From: Clostridiales bacterium
GTDB taxonomy: Bacteria > Bacillota > Clostridia > Christensenellales > Christensenellaceae
Direction of reading: 5' to 3'
Assembly (NCBI GenBank): GCA_015056045.1
Contig: SVGZ01000007.1
Coordinates: forward strand, 10,866-74,865
Length of the DNA: 64,000 nucleotides
The notes under the pieces were generated by a model. It searched no databases, was not told the DNA's origin, and was given only the letters and a program-made list of their open reading frames with translations. This document shows positions 18,910 to 26,967 of the stretch, piece by piece; position 1 is the first letter of the stretch, and every line of letters begins with the position of its first letter. The translations under genes and the position numbers were made by a program.

Positions 18910-19737
18910 TTATACTTTTGCTTTGTTTGTCATGTGGCTCAATGCCGCAAGCCCAAGGCAAAGCGTACTCATGATCGGATAGAGAATGGAAAAGCCAAAT
19001 ACTAGCGGCCAGATACCAAAGAAGATGGCACAGCCCGTATAGAAGAGACTGCCTTTTCCTAAAATGGCTTTTTTCTCTTCATTTTTCTGTTCGCGGTAAA
19101 GCTCCATTTCAAAATTGAGGGCTTCATCGATCTCTTTTTCGGAAACTTCGATCATATCCGTATTTTTTAAGACTTCGCCAATGTTCAGGATCTCGATTTT
19201 CTGTACTCGCGCGAGGCTCTTTGCATCGAAAGAGAATTCTGCCGAAGAGAGAACAGCGCATTTTTCAGCATGCATGCTGCGCTTTTTCAAGACGATCTCT
19301 GCAATATCGATCGCACCGATCTCCGAATCCTGAAGATGCGGGAAAATGTAGTAAAAGGTGTTGCTTGTGCGGTCAAATAAACCGCCGTATTTCTTTTCCA
19401 AATGATCGGTTTTAAGATATTTTGTAAGGATCGCCTGTTTTTCTTCCGTTTCGAGTAAAGAGAACTTTTCAAGTCGGCATCGTTCTTTTAATTCAGCACG
19501 ATAGGCTTCTTCAAATTCTTTGCTCTTTTCTTTTTTTACAGCGTGCTGGATGATCGCAAAAGCTGCGCAAAGGAAAGCTGCTGCCAACAGGGAGGCTTTT
19601 ATGGAATAGCTGAACGAGAATACGAGGGAATAGCTGAACATAAAGGCGAAAATATCAAGAAGCACCTCATCCGTTATGCGTGCAAAAGCTGTTTTTCCGC
19701 CGGTTCTTTTGAGGTCAAGATAATGTTTCCTGGTCAT
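18910..19737 (-). CDS. Hypothetical polytopic membrane protein with a central soluble domain
   Basis: ATG at 19737 preceded by AAAGGAGAA. TM pairs at both ends. Central SSAEFSFDAKSLA...IEILNIGEVL segment resembles the C-terminal part of Mrr-type nuclease folds (tentative). Confidence 0.55.
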   Translation of the reverse strand: MTRKHYLDLKRTGGKTAFARITDEVLLDIFAFMFSYSLVFSFSYSIKASLLAAAFLCAAFAIIQHAVKKEKSKEFEEAYRAELKERCRLEKFSLLETEEKQAILTKYLKTDHLEKKYGGLFDRTSNTFYYIFPHLQDSEIGAIDIAEIVLKKRSMHAEKCAVLSSAEFSFDAKSLARVQKIEILNIGEVLKNTDMIEVSEKEIDEALNFEMELYREQKNEEKKAILGKGSLFYTGCAIFFGIWPLVFGFSILYPIMSTLCLGLAALSHMTNKAKV

Positions 19738-19762
19738 TATTGTTCTCCTTTCTTTTTTTAGT

Positions 19763-19799
19763 ATTGCCAATGAGAAAATATTTATTCGGGTTTGGCAAT
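19763..19799. repeat. Perfect 8-bp inverted repeat ATTGCCAA-N21-TTGGCAAT in the divergent promoter region
   Basis: Read directly. The right arm coincides with the -35 of the predicted nadD promoter. Confidence 0.8.
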
Positions 19800-19821
19800 A
19801 TCATGTTCTACATGTTATACT
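19792..19821 (+). promoter_or_regulatory. Sigma-A-type promoter for nadD-yqeK-rsfS
   Basis: TTGGCA (19792-19797), 18-nt spacer, TATACT (19816-19821). Confidence 0.5.
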
Positions 19822-19864
19822 ATACAAAAGAATTGTGAAGCTGTTTCAAATAAGAGGTAAACAA

Positions 19865-20479
19865 TTGGTTAAGATAGGCATTTTGGGCGGAACGTTTAAT
19901 CCGCCGCATTTGGGGCATCTTTATATGGCAGAACAGATCCTTGCGGAATTTGCGCTTGATAAAGCGGTACTTTTGCCTTCGGGTCAGCCTCCGCATAAAC
20001 CGGGCCGTATTATTGCGGATAAAAACACCCGTTATGAAATGTGCAGGCTTCTTTGCCATGGAAAAGAGAAGATCGAAGTTTGGGATATGGAGCTTCTGCG
20101 GGAAAAAATGACCTATACCGTCGATACGATGTCGGAGCTTTCCGAAAAATATGCCCAGAATGAGCTGTATTATATGATCGGTTCGGATACTTTATTCGTC
20201 CTTGAAAGCTGGAAAAGTTTCCCCGAGGTTGCCAAACGAACCTATTTTGTTTGTCTTCCCAGACCGGATGAGGATGCGATCAAACGGGAAGAAATAAGAA
20301 ATAAAGCTCATGAGATCGAAGAAAAGTATCAGACAAAGGTCTTTATTTCAAAATATGCCGGGCCGGATATTTCGTCATCCATGATACGGGAAAAATTGCG
20401 CAAAGGCGAAGATATTATGGGGCTTGTTCCGGAAAATCTCAGGCAATATATGCAGGAAAATCATTTGTATGAAGAATAA
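19865..20479 (+). CDS. nadD: Nicotinate-nucleotide adenylyltransferase
   Basis: KIGILGGTFNPPHLGH motif. TTG at 19865 lies 7 nt after AAGAGG. The ORF-track GTG at 19835 is an alternative start. Confidence 0.92.
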   Translation: MVKIGILGGTFNPPHLGHLYMAEQILAEFALDKAVLLPSGQPPHKPGRIIADKNTRYEMCRLLCHGKEKIEVWDMELLREKMTYTVDTMSELSEKYAQNELYYMIGSDTLFVLESWKSFPEVAKRTYFVCLPRPDEDAIKREEIRNKAHEIEEKYQTKVFISKYAGPDISSSMIREKLRKGEDIMGLVPENLRQYMQENHLYEE

Positions 20480-21047
20480 AATTCTTATCGAATTGCAAAA
20501 ACGCTTAAAACCGTCCCGCTATCAGCATACGCTTGGCGTCTGTGAAACGGCGATGCAGTTGGCAAAAATACATGGCGTTGACCTTGAAAAAGCCGAACTT
20601 GCAGCCTTATTGCACGATATTGCCAAACACGAATCTGATGACAAAATGCTTCAGGCGGCAAAGGAAATGCATTTTCCGCTTGAAGAAGCATATCTCGAAA
20701 CGCCGAACTTATTGCACGGCGTAATGTCGGCAAAAATCGCAAAAGATGAATTCGGGATCGATGATGAAGATATTCTGAATTCTCTTATATATCATACAGC
20801 CGGCAGAGAAAATATGAGCCTGCTGGAAAAAATCATCTACCTTGCGGATATTGCCGAACCGGGAAGAAAATTTTTTTCAGGAATAGAGGAGATTCGGCAT
20901 GCGATGTCGAATAATATTAATAGAGCGATGATTTTAGCGCTTCGCTCATCCATGACATATGTCATGCAGCAGGAAAAACTCCTTATCAAGGATACAGTAA
21001 AAGCATACAACAGCCTCATTGCGGAAGAACTGCAGAAAGGAACTTAA
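20469..21047 (+). CDS. yqeK: HD-domain bis(5'-nucleosyl)-tetraphosphatase YqeK
   Basis: RYQHTLGV and LLHDIAK HD motifs. Start overlaps the nadD stop. Conserved nadD-yqeK-rsfS order. Confidence 0.88.
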   Translation: MKNKILIELQKRLKPSRYQHTLGVCETAMQLAKIHGVDLEKAELAALLHDIAKHESDDKMLQAAKEMHFPLEEAYLETPNLLHGVMSAKIAKDEFGIDDEDILNSLIYHTAGRENMSLLEKIIYLADIAEPGRKFFSGIEEIRHAMSNNINRAMILALRSSMTYVMQQEKLLIKDTVKAYNSLIAEELQKGT

Positions 21048-21395
21048 ATGGTATTTTCTAAAAGAGTAAAAGAAGTAGCGAAAATATTGGATGATAAAAA
21101 AGCATCGGAGGTTTTGCTTCTCGATGTTTCGGGATCGACGATCATGGCGGATTATTTCGTTGTCTGCAGCGGTAATTCCAATCTTCATGTTCGCAGACTC
21201 GCCGAAGAGCTCGATGATGAGCTGATCAAACTCGGTTATGAAAGAATCAGAGTCGAAGGTTTAAGAGAAGGCAGATGGGTAGTTGCCGATTATGGCGATA
21301 TTTTGGTCCATATTTTCCATAAAGATGAACGAGAATTCTATGATATCGAACGTCTTTGGAAAAACGGAGATAACTATCTCGAATATGAAGGCTGA
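21048..21395 (+). CDS. rsfS: Ribosome silencing factor RsfS
   Basis: 115 aa with ADYFVVCSGNS, WVVADYGDILVHIF and YDIERLW motifs. Confidence 0.93.
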   Translation: MVFSKRVKEVAKILDDKKASEVLLLDVSGSTIMADYFVVCSGNSNLHVRRLAEELDDELIKLGYERIRVEGLREGRWVVADYGDILVHIFHKDEREFYDIERLWKNGDNYLEYEG

Positions 21396-21404
21396 TGACG
21401 GAAT

Positions 21405-21440
21405 AAAAAAAGGCGTGCATTTGCACGCCTCTTTCTTTTT
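21405..21440. terminator. Bidirectional intrinsic terminator
   Basis: AGGCGTGCA-TT-TGCACGCCT perfect palindrome, flanked by an A-run upstream and a T-rich run downstream. Confidence 0.8.
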
Positions 21441-21442
21441 GT

Positions 21443-22420
21443 TTATTCGGTTTTTGCTTCTTCTTTTGTTTCTTCGGCTGCTTTTGTTGCTGCATATTTT
21501 GCCATGCGCTTTTTATCGCCGCGCTTGATGAGAAGAACGATAACGACAACGATCACCGCCAGAATAAGCAGTACAGGCGATGCACCGATCAGGAATACAA
21601 CGAAATCTTCGAAGAATATCTTCATTTCATAAAGTGTATCGCCAAAGCTTTCGGAAATACGTTCGCCTAAAGTCTTTTCGGTCTTTGTTGTTACTGTCGC
21701 GCGGAAATATTCACGGATGTAGATTGTAACAGTGCTGTAATTGATCTGATTATCAAGGCGACGTTTGCTTCCGGAAAGTTTTTCGATCTGATAAATAATC
21801 TCGGAAAGCTCTTCGTTGAGGATGATGATATCTTCCATCTCTGTCGCCTGTTTCAAAAGCTCTTCCAGTTTTTCTTTTCTGAGTTCGAGAACTTCGAGTC
21901 TGCTTTCAAGATCAAAATACTGATCGGTAACATCTTCAACGGACTGTTCGAGGGAGATGTTTTTGCCGATGCCCTTTAAGGCTTCAATAAACTGCGGGTA
22001 AGCTTCCGCAGGAATGCGTGCTGTCAGCGTAGAGGTTCTCCCGGCATCACCTGCGACTTCGGGTTCTTTGCCATAGCTGCTTTCATCGGAAATATAGCCG
22101 CCGTAAACTTTGATGTTCTCCTTGATCTTCTGCAGGTCATCGGTATATTGTTCGCTAGTCATTTCGATGCGTGCGTTATAGATCAGTTTGAGGTTGCCCG
22201 TATCGAATTCGATCGCTTCTATGCTGTCTGCCATGGCTGCACTTTCCATTTCAATGGCTTCTTCTTCCATGACTTCTTCCATCATGACATCTTCGGCATA
22301 AAATTCCTGTGCTGTTGTGGAATAGCCCATTTCCATAGGAGCTTCGGATTTTGCAGCACAGCCTGCAAAAAGCATAGCAAGCATCAGCAGGATGGCAATC
22401 ATTCTTGTATTTCTCTTCAT
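21443..22420 (-). CDS. DUF4349 domain-containing lipoprotein
   Basis: LFAGCAA lipobox, coiled-coil middle, C-terminal TM. Y(N)A.I.. ..GGYISDES segment typical of DUF4349. Confidence 0.65.
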   Translation of the reverse strand: MKRNTRMIAILLMLAMLFAGCAAKSEAPMEMGYSTTAQEFYAEDVMMEEVMEEEAIEMESAAMADSIEAIEFDTGNLKLIYNARIEMTSEQYTDDLQKIKENIKVYGGYISDESSYGKEPEVAGDAGRTSTLTARIPAEAYPQFIEALKGIGKNISLEQSVEDVTDQYFDLESRLEVLELRKEKLEELLKQATEMEDIIILNEELSEIIYQIEKLSGSKRRLDNQINYSTVTIYIREYFRATVTTKTEKTLGERISESFGDTLYEMKIFFEDFVVFLIGASPVLLILAVIVVVIVLLIKRGDKKRMAKYAATKAAEETKEEAKTE

Positions 22421-22531
22421 ATTTTCCTCCTTATAAGCGGTTCTACTTAATAGACGAAAAAAAACGAAAGATTGTTCCCGAAAAATAAAAAATATTTATA
22501 CAGTCCGAATGTATTTTTTTCTTGTTTGCTC

Positions 22532-22560
22532 TTTACATTTATATTTCACGGTGCTATACT
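22532..22560 (+). promoter_or_regulatory. Sigma-A-type promoter of the aromatic amino-acid operon leader
   Basis: TTTACA (22532-22537), 17-nt spacer, TGcTATACT extended -10 (22552-22560). Confidence 0.6.
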
Positions 22561-22591
22561 TTTCATGTAAAAATTAAAGGAGACAAAAACC

Positions 22592-22678
22592 GTGCAGAAA
22601 CAGCATAGTTCAAAAGCATACTACTTTTACGGCAGCTTTACCTATTATTTTGGTAAGGCTTCTTTGGGTTTATGCTGA
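22592..22678 (+). CDS. Candidate leader peptide (28 aa, VQKQHSSKAYYFYGSFTYYFGKASLGLC) of an aromatic amino-acid attenuator
   Basis: GTG start 8 nt after AAAGGAG (22577-22583). Codons 10-20 (22619-22651) contain 5 Tyr and 3 Phe. Too short to appear in the ORF track. Confidence 0.55.
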   Translation: MQKQHSSKAYYFYGSFTYYFGKASLGLC

Positions 22679-22712
22679 CGAGCTTTCGGTTTTTGTTTTA
22701 ACTTGACCGTTC

Positions 22713-22744
22713 AAGCCCTGTGGGATAGACCCGCAGGGTTTTTT
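22713..22744 (+). terminator. Attenuator-type intrinsic terminator inside the aro operon 5' leader
   Basis: CCCUGUGGG-AUAGA-CCCGCAGGG (one G-U pair), extendable by AAG/UUU, followed by UUUUUU. It lies 35 nt before the aroF ATG. No upstream + strand gene needs it. Confidence 0.75.
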
Positions 22745-22778
22745 CATTATTAAGCAATCATTTTTTGAGGTATATATT

Positions 22779-23789
22779 ATGATCGTCGTATTAAAAAGCA
22801 ATCCGAACCAGAAACAGCTTGATAACCTGATGATGTGGCTCAGAAGCATGGATCTTGATATCCATACAAGTGAAGGTTCAAAACATACGATCCTCGGTCT
22901 CGTCGGTGATACTTCCAAGGTGGATATCGACCTGATCTCTGCGCTCGATATCGTAGATGAAGTCAAACGAATTCAGGAACCCTATAAAAATGCAAACAGA
23001 AAATTCCATCCCGAAGACAGCGTTATTGACGTCAATGGCGTTAAGATCGGCGGCGGTAATTTCCAGATCATTGCAGGCCCTTGTTCTGTTGAAACGGAAG
23101 AACAGATTTGTGAAGTTGCAAAAGATGTCAAAGCTTCTGGTGCAACACTTCTTCGCGGTGGTGCATTCAAACCGCGTACATCCCCTTATTCCTTCCAGGG
23201 TCTTGCAAACGAAGGTTTAAGACTCCTCCTTGAAGCAAAAGCAATGACAGGCCTTCCGATCGTTACGGAGATCATGGATATGTCTCAGCTCGATCTTTTT
23301 GGTGAAGTTGATATTATTCAGGTCGGTGCAAGAAATATGCAGAACTTCATGCTCTTAAAGGAACTCGGCAAAACAAATAAACCGATCCTCCTCAAGCGCG
23401 GTCTTTCGAGCACTTTGGAAGAGCTCCTGATGAGTGCGGAATACATTATGGCCGGCGGCAATGAAAAAGTTATTCTTTGCGAAAGAGGCATCCGTACATT
23501 CGAAACTTATACAAGAAATACGCTCGATCTATCCGCAATTCCTGTGCTCAAGAGATTAACGCATCTTCCGATCATCATTGACCCGAGCCATTCGACGGGC
23601 AAAGCTGCTCTTGTTGAGCCGATGTCCCTTGCGGCAACGGCAGCCGGTGCAGATGGCCTCATTATCGAAGTACATAATGATCCGCAGCATGCACTCTGTG
23701 ATGGTCCGCAGTCCATTACACCGGCAGCATTCGATAAACTTTCGAAGAAGATTTTTGGCTTAAGAAACTTCCTCACAGAAGAAAACTGA
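22779..23789 (+). CDS. aroF: 3-deoxy-7-phosphoheptulonate (DAHP) synthase, type I-beta with N-terminal ferredoxin-like regulatory domain
   Basis: GPCSVE, KPRTSPYSFQGL and DPSH motifs, plus an extra N-terminal domain of about 70 aa as in Thermotoga-type DAHPS. Confidence 0.95.
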   Translation: MIVVLKSNPNQKQLDNLMMWLRSMDLDIHTSEGSKHTILGLVGDTSKVDIDLISALDIVDEVKRIQEPYKNANRKFHPEDSVIDVNGVKIGGGNFQIIAGPCSVETEEQICEVAKDVKASGATLLRGGAFKPRTSPYSFQGLANEGLRLLLEAKAMTGLPIVTEIMDMSQLDLFGEVDIIQVGARNMQNFMLLKELGKTNKPILLKRGLSSTLEELLMSAEYIMAGGNEKVILCERGIRTFETYTRNTLDLSAIPVLKRLTHLPIIIDPSHSTGKAALVEPMSLAATAAGADGLIIEVHNDPQHALCDGPQSITPAAFDKLSKKIFGLRNFLTEEN

Positions 23790-23796
23790 GGTTCTT

Positions 23797-24645
23797 ATGA
23801 AAATTGGAGTAGTGGGAATGGGCCTTATCGGCGGTTCCCTTGCAAAAGCGATCAAAGAAAAAACAGAACACGAAGTCTACGGCTTTGATATTGCAAAAGA
23901 AGTCATGGCAAGAGCGATCCTTCTTGAAGCGATGGATGGCGCTCTTGATGATGCTATGCTTCAGCAATGCGAAATGCTTATTATTGCGCTTTACCCCGAG
24001 GCAGCACTTGATTATTTAAGAACACACGCATCGCTGATAAATAAGAATGCGATCGTCGTCGATACCTGCGGTGTCAAAGGCTATGTCTGTGATGAAGCAT
24101 GGTCGCTTGCGGATGAATACGGTTTCCGTTTTATCGGTGGTCACCCGATGGCCGGTCTTGCCAAAATCGGTTTTGGTCACGCAACTTCCGAAATGTTCTT
24201 CGGTGCTTCGATGATCATCTGCCCACGGAAAGACATCGATATCGAAACGATGAAAACTTTCAAAGATGTTTTCGATGCGATTGGTTTTGGTCATTACGAA
24301 ATTGCAACGCCCGAAAAGCATGACCGCATCATTGCCTATACGAGTCAGCTCGCACACGTCCTTTCCAATGCCTACATCAAAAGCGAAACGGCAAAAGATC
24401 ATTACGGTTATTCTGCCGGCAGCTTCCGTGATATGACGCGTGTTGCTTACCTCAATGAAAATATGTGGACGGAGCTTTTCTTTGAAAACAAAGACTTTCT
24501 GGCAAACGAGATCGATGGTTTGGCGGAAAGACTTCTGCAGTATTCCAAAGCCTTAAAAGAAAACGATGAAGAAGGCATGAAATCGCTTCTCCGTGAAGGC
24601 CGTCTGGCAAAAATGGATGTTGACGAAAGAAGCAAAAGAAACTAA
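23797..24645 (+). CDS. tyrA: Prephenate dehydrogenase
   Basis: VVGMGLIGGSLA Rossmann motif, GGHPMAG catalytic motif. Confidence 0.92.
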   Translation: MKIGVVGMGLIGGSLAKAIKEKTEHEVYGFDIAKEVMARAILLEAMDGALDDAMLQQCEMLIIALYPEAALDYLRTHASLINKNAIVVDTCGVKGYVCDEAWSLADEYGFRFIGGHPMAGLAKIGFGHATSEMFFGASMIICPRKDIDIETMKTFKDVFDAIGFGHYEIATPEKHDRIIAYTSQLAHVLSNAYIKSETAKDHYGYSAGSFRDMTRVAYLNENMWTELFFENKDFLANEIDGLAERLLQYSKALKENDEEGMKSLLREGRLAKMDVDERSKRN

Positions 24646-24646
24646 C

Positions 24647-25702
24647 ATGAAAAAACTGACGATCAATACAACAAAACCTTATGATATCTATATCGGCGCA
24701 GGCATTCTTTCCCAAGCCGGCAAACTCATCAAAGAACGCTTCAGCAAGAGCCGCATTGCGCTCGTTTCCGAAACCAATGTCTTTCCGCTTTACGGGGAAA
24801 AAGTTCTTTCCGTTTTACGGGAAGAAGGCTTCGATGTTGTTACCCATATTTTTGAAGCCGGCGAAGCGCAGAAAAATATGCAGACTGTCATCGAGATTTT
24901 GGGTACACTCAGCGAAAATAAGCTCACAAGAACGGATATCGTTGTTGCTTTGGGCGGTGGTGTAACGGGTGATATGGCTGGTTTTGCTTCGGCAATTTAT
25001 CTGCGCGGAATCAAATGCGTACAGATCCCAACGAGCTACCTTGCAGCGGTCGATTCCTCAACCGGCGGAAAAACGGCAGTTGACCTTCCTGCAGGCAAAA
25101 ACCTTGCCGGTGCATTCCATATGCCTTCGCTCGTCATCTGTGATACGGATTGTTTCAAAACGCTCAGCAAAGAAACTTTTGAAGACGGCGTTGCCGAAAG
25201 CATAAAGCACGGTCTTATCGCCGATGCGGATTTCTTCCGTTTTATGCTTGAAAACGATATTACAGAAAATATTGAAGAAGTTGTTCGCCGCAATGTTGAG
25301 ATCAAAACAAGCTTTGTACTTGGTGATGAAAAAGATACGGGCAAGCGGCAGATGCTGAATTTTGGTCATACGATCGGCCATGCTGCCGAAAAGGTCAGCA
25401 ATTTTGCCTTGACACACGGTCATGCCATTGCGATCGGTATGGCAGTCGTCCTTCGTGCACAGGAAAAACTCGGTATCGGTGAAGCCGGTATGACGGAAAA
25501 ACTTCTTGCTGCTTTGAAAAAATATGATCTTCCGAGCGAATGCCCCTATTCCGCAGAACAGCTGATGAGTGCAGCATTGCAGGATAAAAAACGTGCAGGC
25601 GATAAGATCAGCCTTGTCTGCCTCGAAAAACCGGGCAAAGCTTTCTTAAAACCGATGAATATGGAGGAGCTTGAAGATATCATCAGGCTTGGACTCGAAT
25701 AA
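24647..25702 (+). CDS. aroB: 3-dehydroquinate synthase
   Basis: GGGVTGDMAGFA, PTSYLAAVDSSTGGKTAV and FGHTIGHA motifs. ATG at 24647 lies just after the tyrA stop. Confidence 0.95.
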   Translation: MKKLTINTTKPYDIYIGAGILSQAGKLIKERFSKSRIALVSETNVFPLYGEKVLSVLREEGFDVVTHIFEAGEAQKNMQTVIEILGTLSENKLTRTDIVVALGGGVTGDMAGFASAIYLRGIKCVQIPTSYLAAVDSSTGGKTAVDLPAGKNLAGAFHMPSLVICDTDCFKTLSKETFEDGVAESIKHGLIADADFFRFMLENDITENIEEVVRRNVEIKTSFVLGDEKDTGKRQMLNFGHTIGHAAEKVSNFALTHGHAIAIGMAVVLRAQEKLGIGEAGMTEKLLAALKKYDLPSECPYSAEQLMSAALQDKKRAGDKISLVCLEKPGKAFLKPMNMEELEDIIRLGLE

Positions 25703-26967
25703 TGGACAGAATCGTTAAAAATATGCCGCTTTATGGAGTGATTCCTGCGATCGCTTCCAAATCGCAGGCACACAGAGCGCTGATCTGTGCAGCTTTTGCT
25801 GACGGTGTTTCCAAAATCATCATCAATGCTGCATCAAAAGATATCGATGCGACGGCAAATTGCCTTTGTGCGCTTGGCGCCAGGATCAGCCAAAACGGAG
25901 CAATCTGGGAAGTTACACCAATCAAAAACAAATCTATAGAAAAGCCTTTGCTCGCTTGCGGTGAAAGCGGTTCAACATTCCGTTTTCTGCTTCCCGTTGC
26001 GGCGGCAGCTTTTGAAAATATCAGCTTTTGCGGCGAGGGAAGATTACCCGAAAGACCGATCGGCCCGTTGATGGATGAAATGAAAAAGCACGGTTCTGTG
26101 TTTTCTGCGGAAAAGCTTCCGTTCAGTGTTTCAAAACTCCAAAACGGCGGTGATTTCTATCTTCCCGGCAATGTCAGCTCACAGTTTGCCAGCGGACTTT
26201 TGATGGCAGCTCCGCTTCTTCCGGATGGTGTTCAAATCCATTTTGATAAAACACGCGAATCTATGGGTTATATTGAAATGACAGTCCACATGTTGAAAAA
26301 CTTCGGCGTTGTCGTGGAAAAAACAGAAGACGGTTTCTCTGTTGCAAAAGGGCAGCATTATCACGCAGTTCCCGAACTAATGGTCGAAGGCGACTGGTCC
26401 AATGCCGCTTTCTGGCTTTGCGGAGCTGCGATCGCAGGCGAAGTAACGGTTACGGGTCTTGCGCTTGATTCCGCACAGGGCGACAGAGCAGTGCTCAATG
26501 TCCTACGGGAAATGGGTGCGGAAATCATAACTGACGGAAATTCCGTTACGGTAAAAAAATCAAAGCTCAGAGCAACGGTGATCGATGCAAGAGAAATTCC
26601 CGATCTTGTGCCGGTTTTATCGCTGACAGCCGCTTTGGCAGAAGGAGAAACAAAAGTTATCAATGCCGCAAGGCTCCGCATCAAGGAAAGCGACAGATTA
26701 AAGACAACGACAGAGCTCTTATCCGGTTTGGGAGCCGATATTACAGAGCTTGAAGACGGGCTTATCATCCGCGGAAAAGATATGCTTTTTGGCGGTGAAG
26801 CTGACGGTGCAAACGATCATCGCATCGTCATGACGGCAGCCATTGCAGCATCCCGTTCGGAAAATCCTGTTCTGATCAAAGGGACAGAGGCAGCGGCAAA
26901 ATCCTATCCCGCATTTTTTGAAGACTTGGAAAAAACAGGAGGTCATTCCGATGTCGTTTTACGGTGA
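25702..26967 (+). CDS. aroA: 3-phosphoshikimate 1-carboxyvinyltransferase (EPSP synthase)
   Basis: SKSQAHRALI, GESGSTFRFL, LRIKESDR and DHRIVM motifs. 1-nt overlap with the aroB stop. Confidence 0.95.
   Translation: MDRIVKNMPLYGVIPAIASKSQAHRALICAAFADGVSKIIINAASKDIDATANCLCALGARISQNGAIWEVTPIKNKSIEKPLLACGESGSTFRFLLPVAAAAFENISFCGEGRLPERPIGPLMDEMKKHGSVFSAEKLPFSVSKLQNGGDFYLPGNVSSQFASGLLMAAPLLPDGVQIHFDKTRESMGYIEMTVHMLKNFGVVVEKTEDGFSVAKGQHYHAVPELMVEGDWSNAAFWLCGAAIAGEVTVTGLALDSAQGDRAVLNVLREMGAEIITDGNSVTVKKSKLRATVIDAREIPDLVPVLSLTAALAEGETKVINAARLRIKESDRLKTTTELLSGLGADITELEDGLIIRGKDMLFGGEADGANDHRIVMTAAIAASRSENPVLIKGTEAAAKSYPAFFEDLEKTGGHSDVVLR

Noticed and set aside
22567-22778. T-box riboswitch as the explanation for the aro operon leader
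   Set aside because: The leader is only about 210 nt. I cannot find the conserved T-box sequence (AAnnnGGGTGGTACCGCG-like) or AGAGA/GNUGGA-type stem I elements. The Tyr/Phe-rich translated ORF fits better. An Infernal scan should still be run.
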